Assembly (NCBI GenBank): GCA_036824045.1
Contig: DAITAZ010000009.1
Coordinates: 25,389-49,388, forward strand
DNA: 24,000 bases
From: Rhodocyclaceae bacterium
GTDB taxonomy: Bacteria > Pseudomonadota > Gammaproteobacteria > Burkholderiales > Rhodocyclaceae
Direction of reading: 5' to 3'
The notes beneath the pieces were generated by a model. That model worked only from the letters and a program-made list of their open reading frames with translations. It did no database searches and was not told the origin of the DNA. The first letter of the stretch is position 1. Each line of letters begins with the position of its first letter. A program made the position numbers and the translations under genes. Shown piece after piece: positions 23,634-24,000 of the stretch.

Positions 23634-24000
23634 ATGGTTCCACATTTGACGACGGCCCTGACCGGCCCGTTGCTGGAGCTGGAGAAAACCCTGCTGGCCG
23701 CTGATACGGCCATTGAACACTGGATCCGCCTGAAGTGGCTGGAGCACACGCCGCCCTTCTACGCCTCGGTGGATTTGCGCAATGCCGGCTTCAAGCTGGC
23801 GCCGGTGGATACCAACCTCTTCCCGGGCGGCTTCAACAATCTCGCGCCTGCGCTGGAGCCCCTGTGCGTGCAGGCGGCCATGAGCGCGGTGGAAAAGGTC
23901 TGTCCGGAGGCCCGCAACCTGCTGCTGGTGCCCGAAAGCCACACCCGCAACCTGTTCTACCTGACCAACGTGGCGCGGCTGACCCGCATCCTCCATCACG
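23634..24000 (+). CDS. gshA: glutamate--cysteine ligase, 3'-truncated by the window edge (compact proteobacterial GshA type)
   Basis: My own translation from ATG 23634 has no stop up to the window end: MVPHLTTALTGPLLELEKTLLAADTAIEHWIRLKWLEHTPPFYASVDLRNAGFKLAPVDTNLFPGGFNNL.... The SVDLRNAGFKLAPVD.NLFPGGFNNL block is characteristic of this GshA family. The ORF is absent from the ORF track because it runs off the end. Confidence 0.8.
   Translation, partial: MVPHLTTALTGPLLELEKTLLAADTAIEHWIRLKWLEHTPPFYASVDLRNAGFKLAPVDTNLFPGGFNNLAPALEPLCVQAAMSAVEKVCPEARNLLLVPESHTRNLFYLTNVARLTRILHH

Noticed and set aside
1-24000. Scan for tRNA/rRNA genes, CRISPR repeats, IS elements/transposases, integrases and prophage genes
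   Set aside because: No T-loop/acceptor-like sequences, no regularly spaced direct repeats and no transposase- or integrase-like ORFs were seen. Apart from the CHAT gene, the window looks like core chromosome.

Overview
High-GC (about 65%) proteobacterial chromosome segment; gene content and order look betaproteobacterial (Rhodocyclales-like), but the species cannot be determined from sequence alone. Most of the window is conserved housekeeping. It contains a candidate SAM-II riboswitch with terminator ahead of a translationally coupled metX-metW-ampG-azlC chain, then azlD. Next come a SMUG1-type uracil-DNA glycosylase, thrH, a yqjD/yqjE/yqjK-like membrane stress operon, a ROK sugar kinase, DUF1840 and a second DUF883 protein. 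These are followed by a CAP/SCP lipoprotein, def, the conserved LysM-dprA-smg-type IA topoisomerase block, an FAH-family hydrolase, an MBL-fold hydrolase, a DegP/DegQ-type protease and the 5' end of gshA. The non-housekeeping element is at the left edge. It is a 5'-truncated, >1090-aa multidomain CHAT (caspase-like His/Cys) protein with a macro/M17-N-like middle domain and a TPR-like helical C-terminus. It is a candidate conflict or programmed-cell-death effector whose N-terminus and any partner genes lie upstream of the window. Two unusually long, lower-GC noncoding regions deserve attention. Region 19202-19693 carries a near-consensus sigma54 promoter with no ORF behind it, suggesting an sRNA or antisense RNA. 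Region 22843-23633 carries tandem perfect hairpins, a perfect DnaA box with same-orientation near-matches, a sigma70-like promoter, a GGA/purine-rich tract and an intrinsic terminator with an alternative hairpin 30 nt before gshA. No tRNA, rRNA, CRISPR array, IS element or integrase was recognised. Long antisense ORFs are treated as high-GC artefacts.
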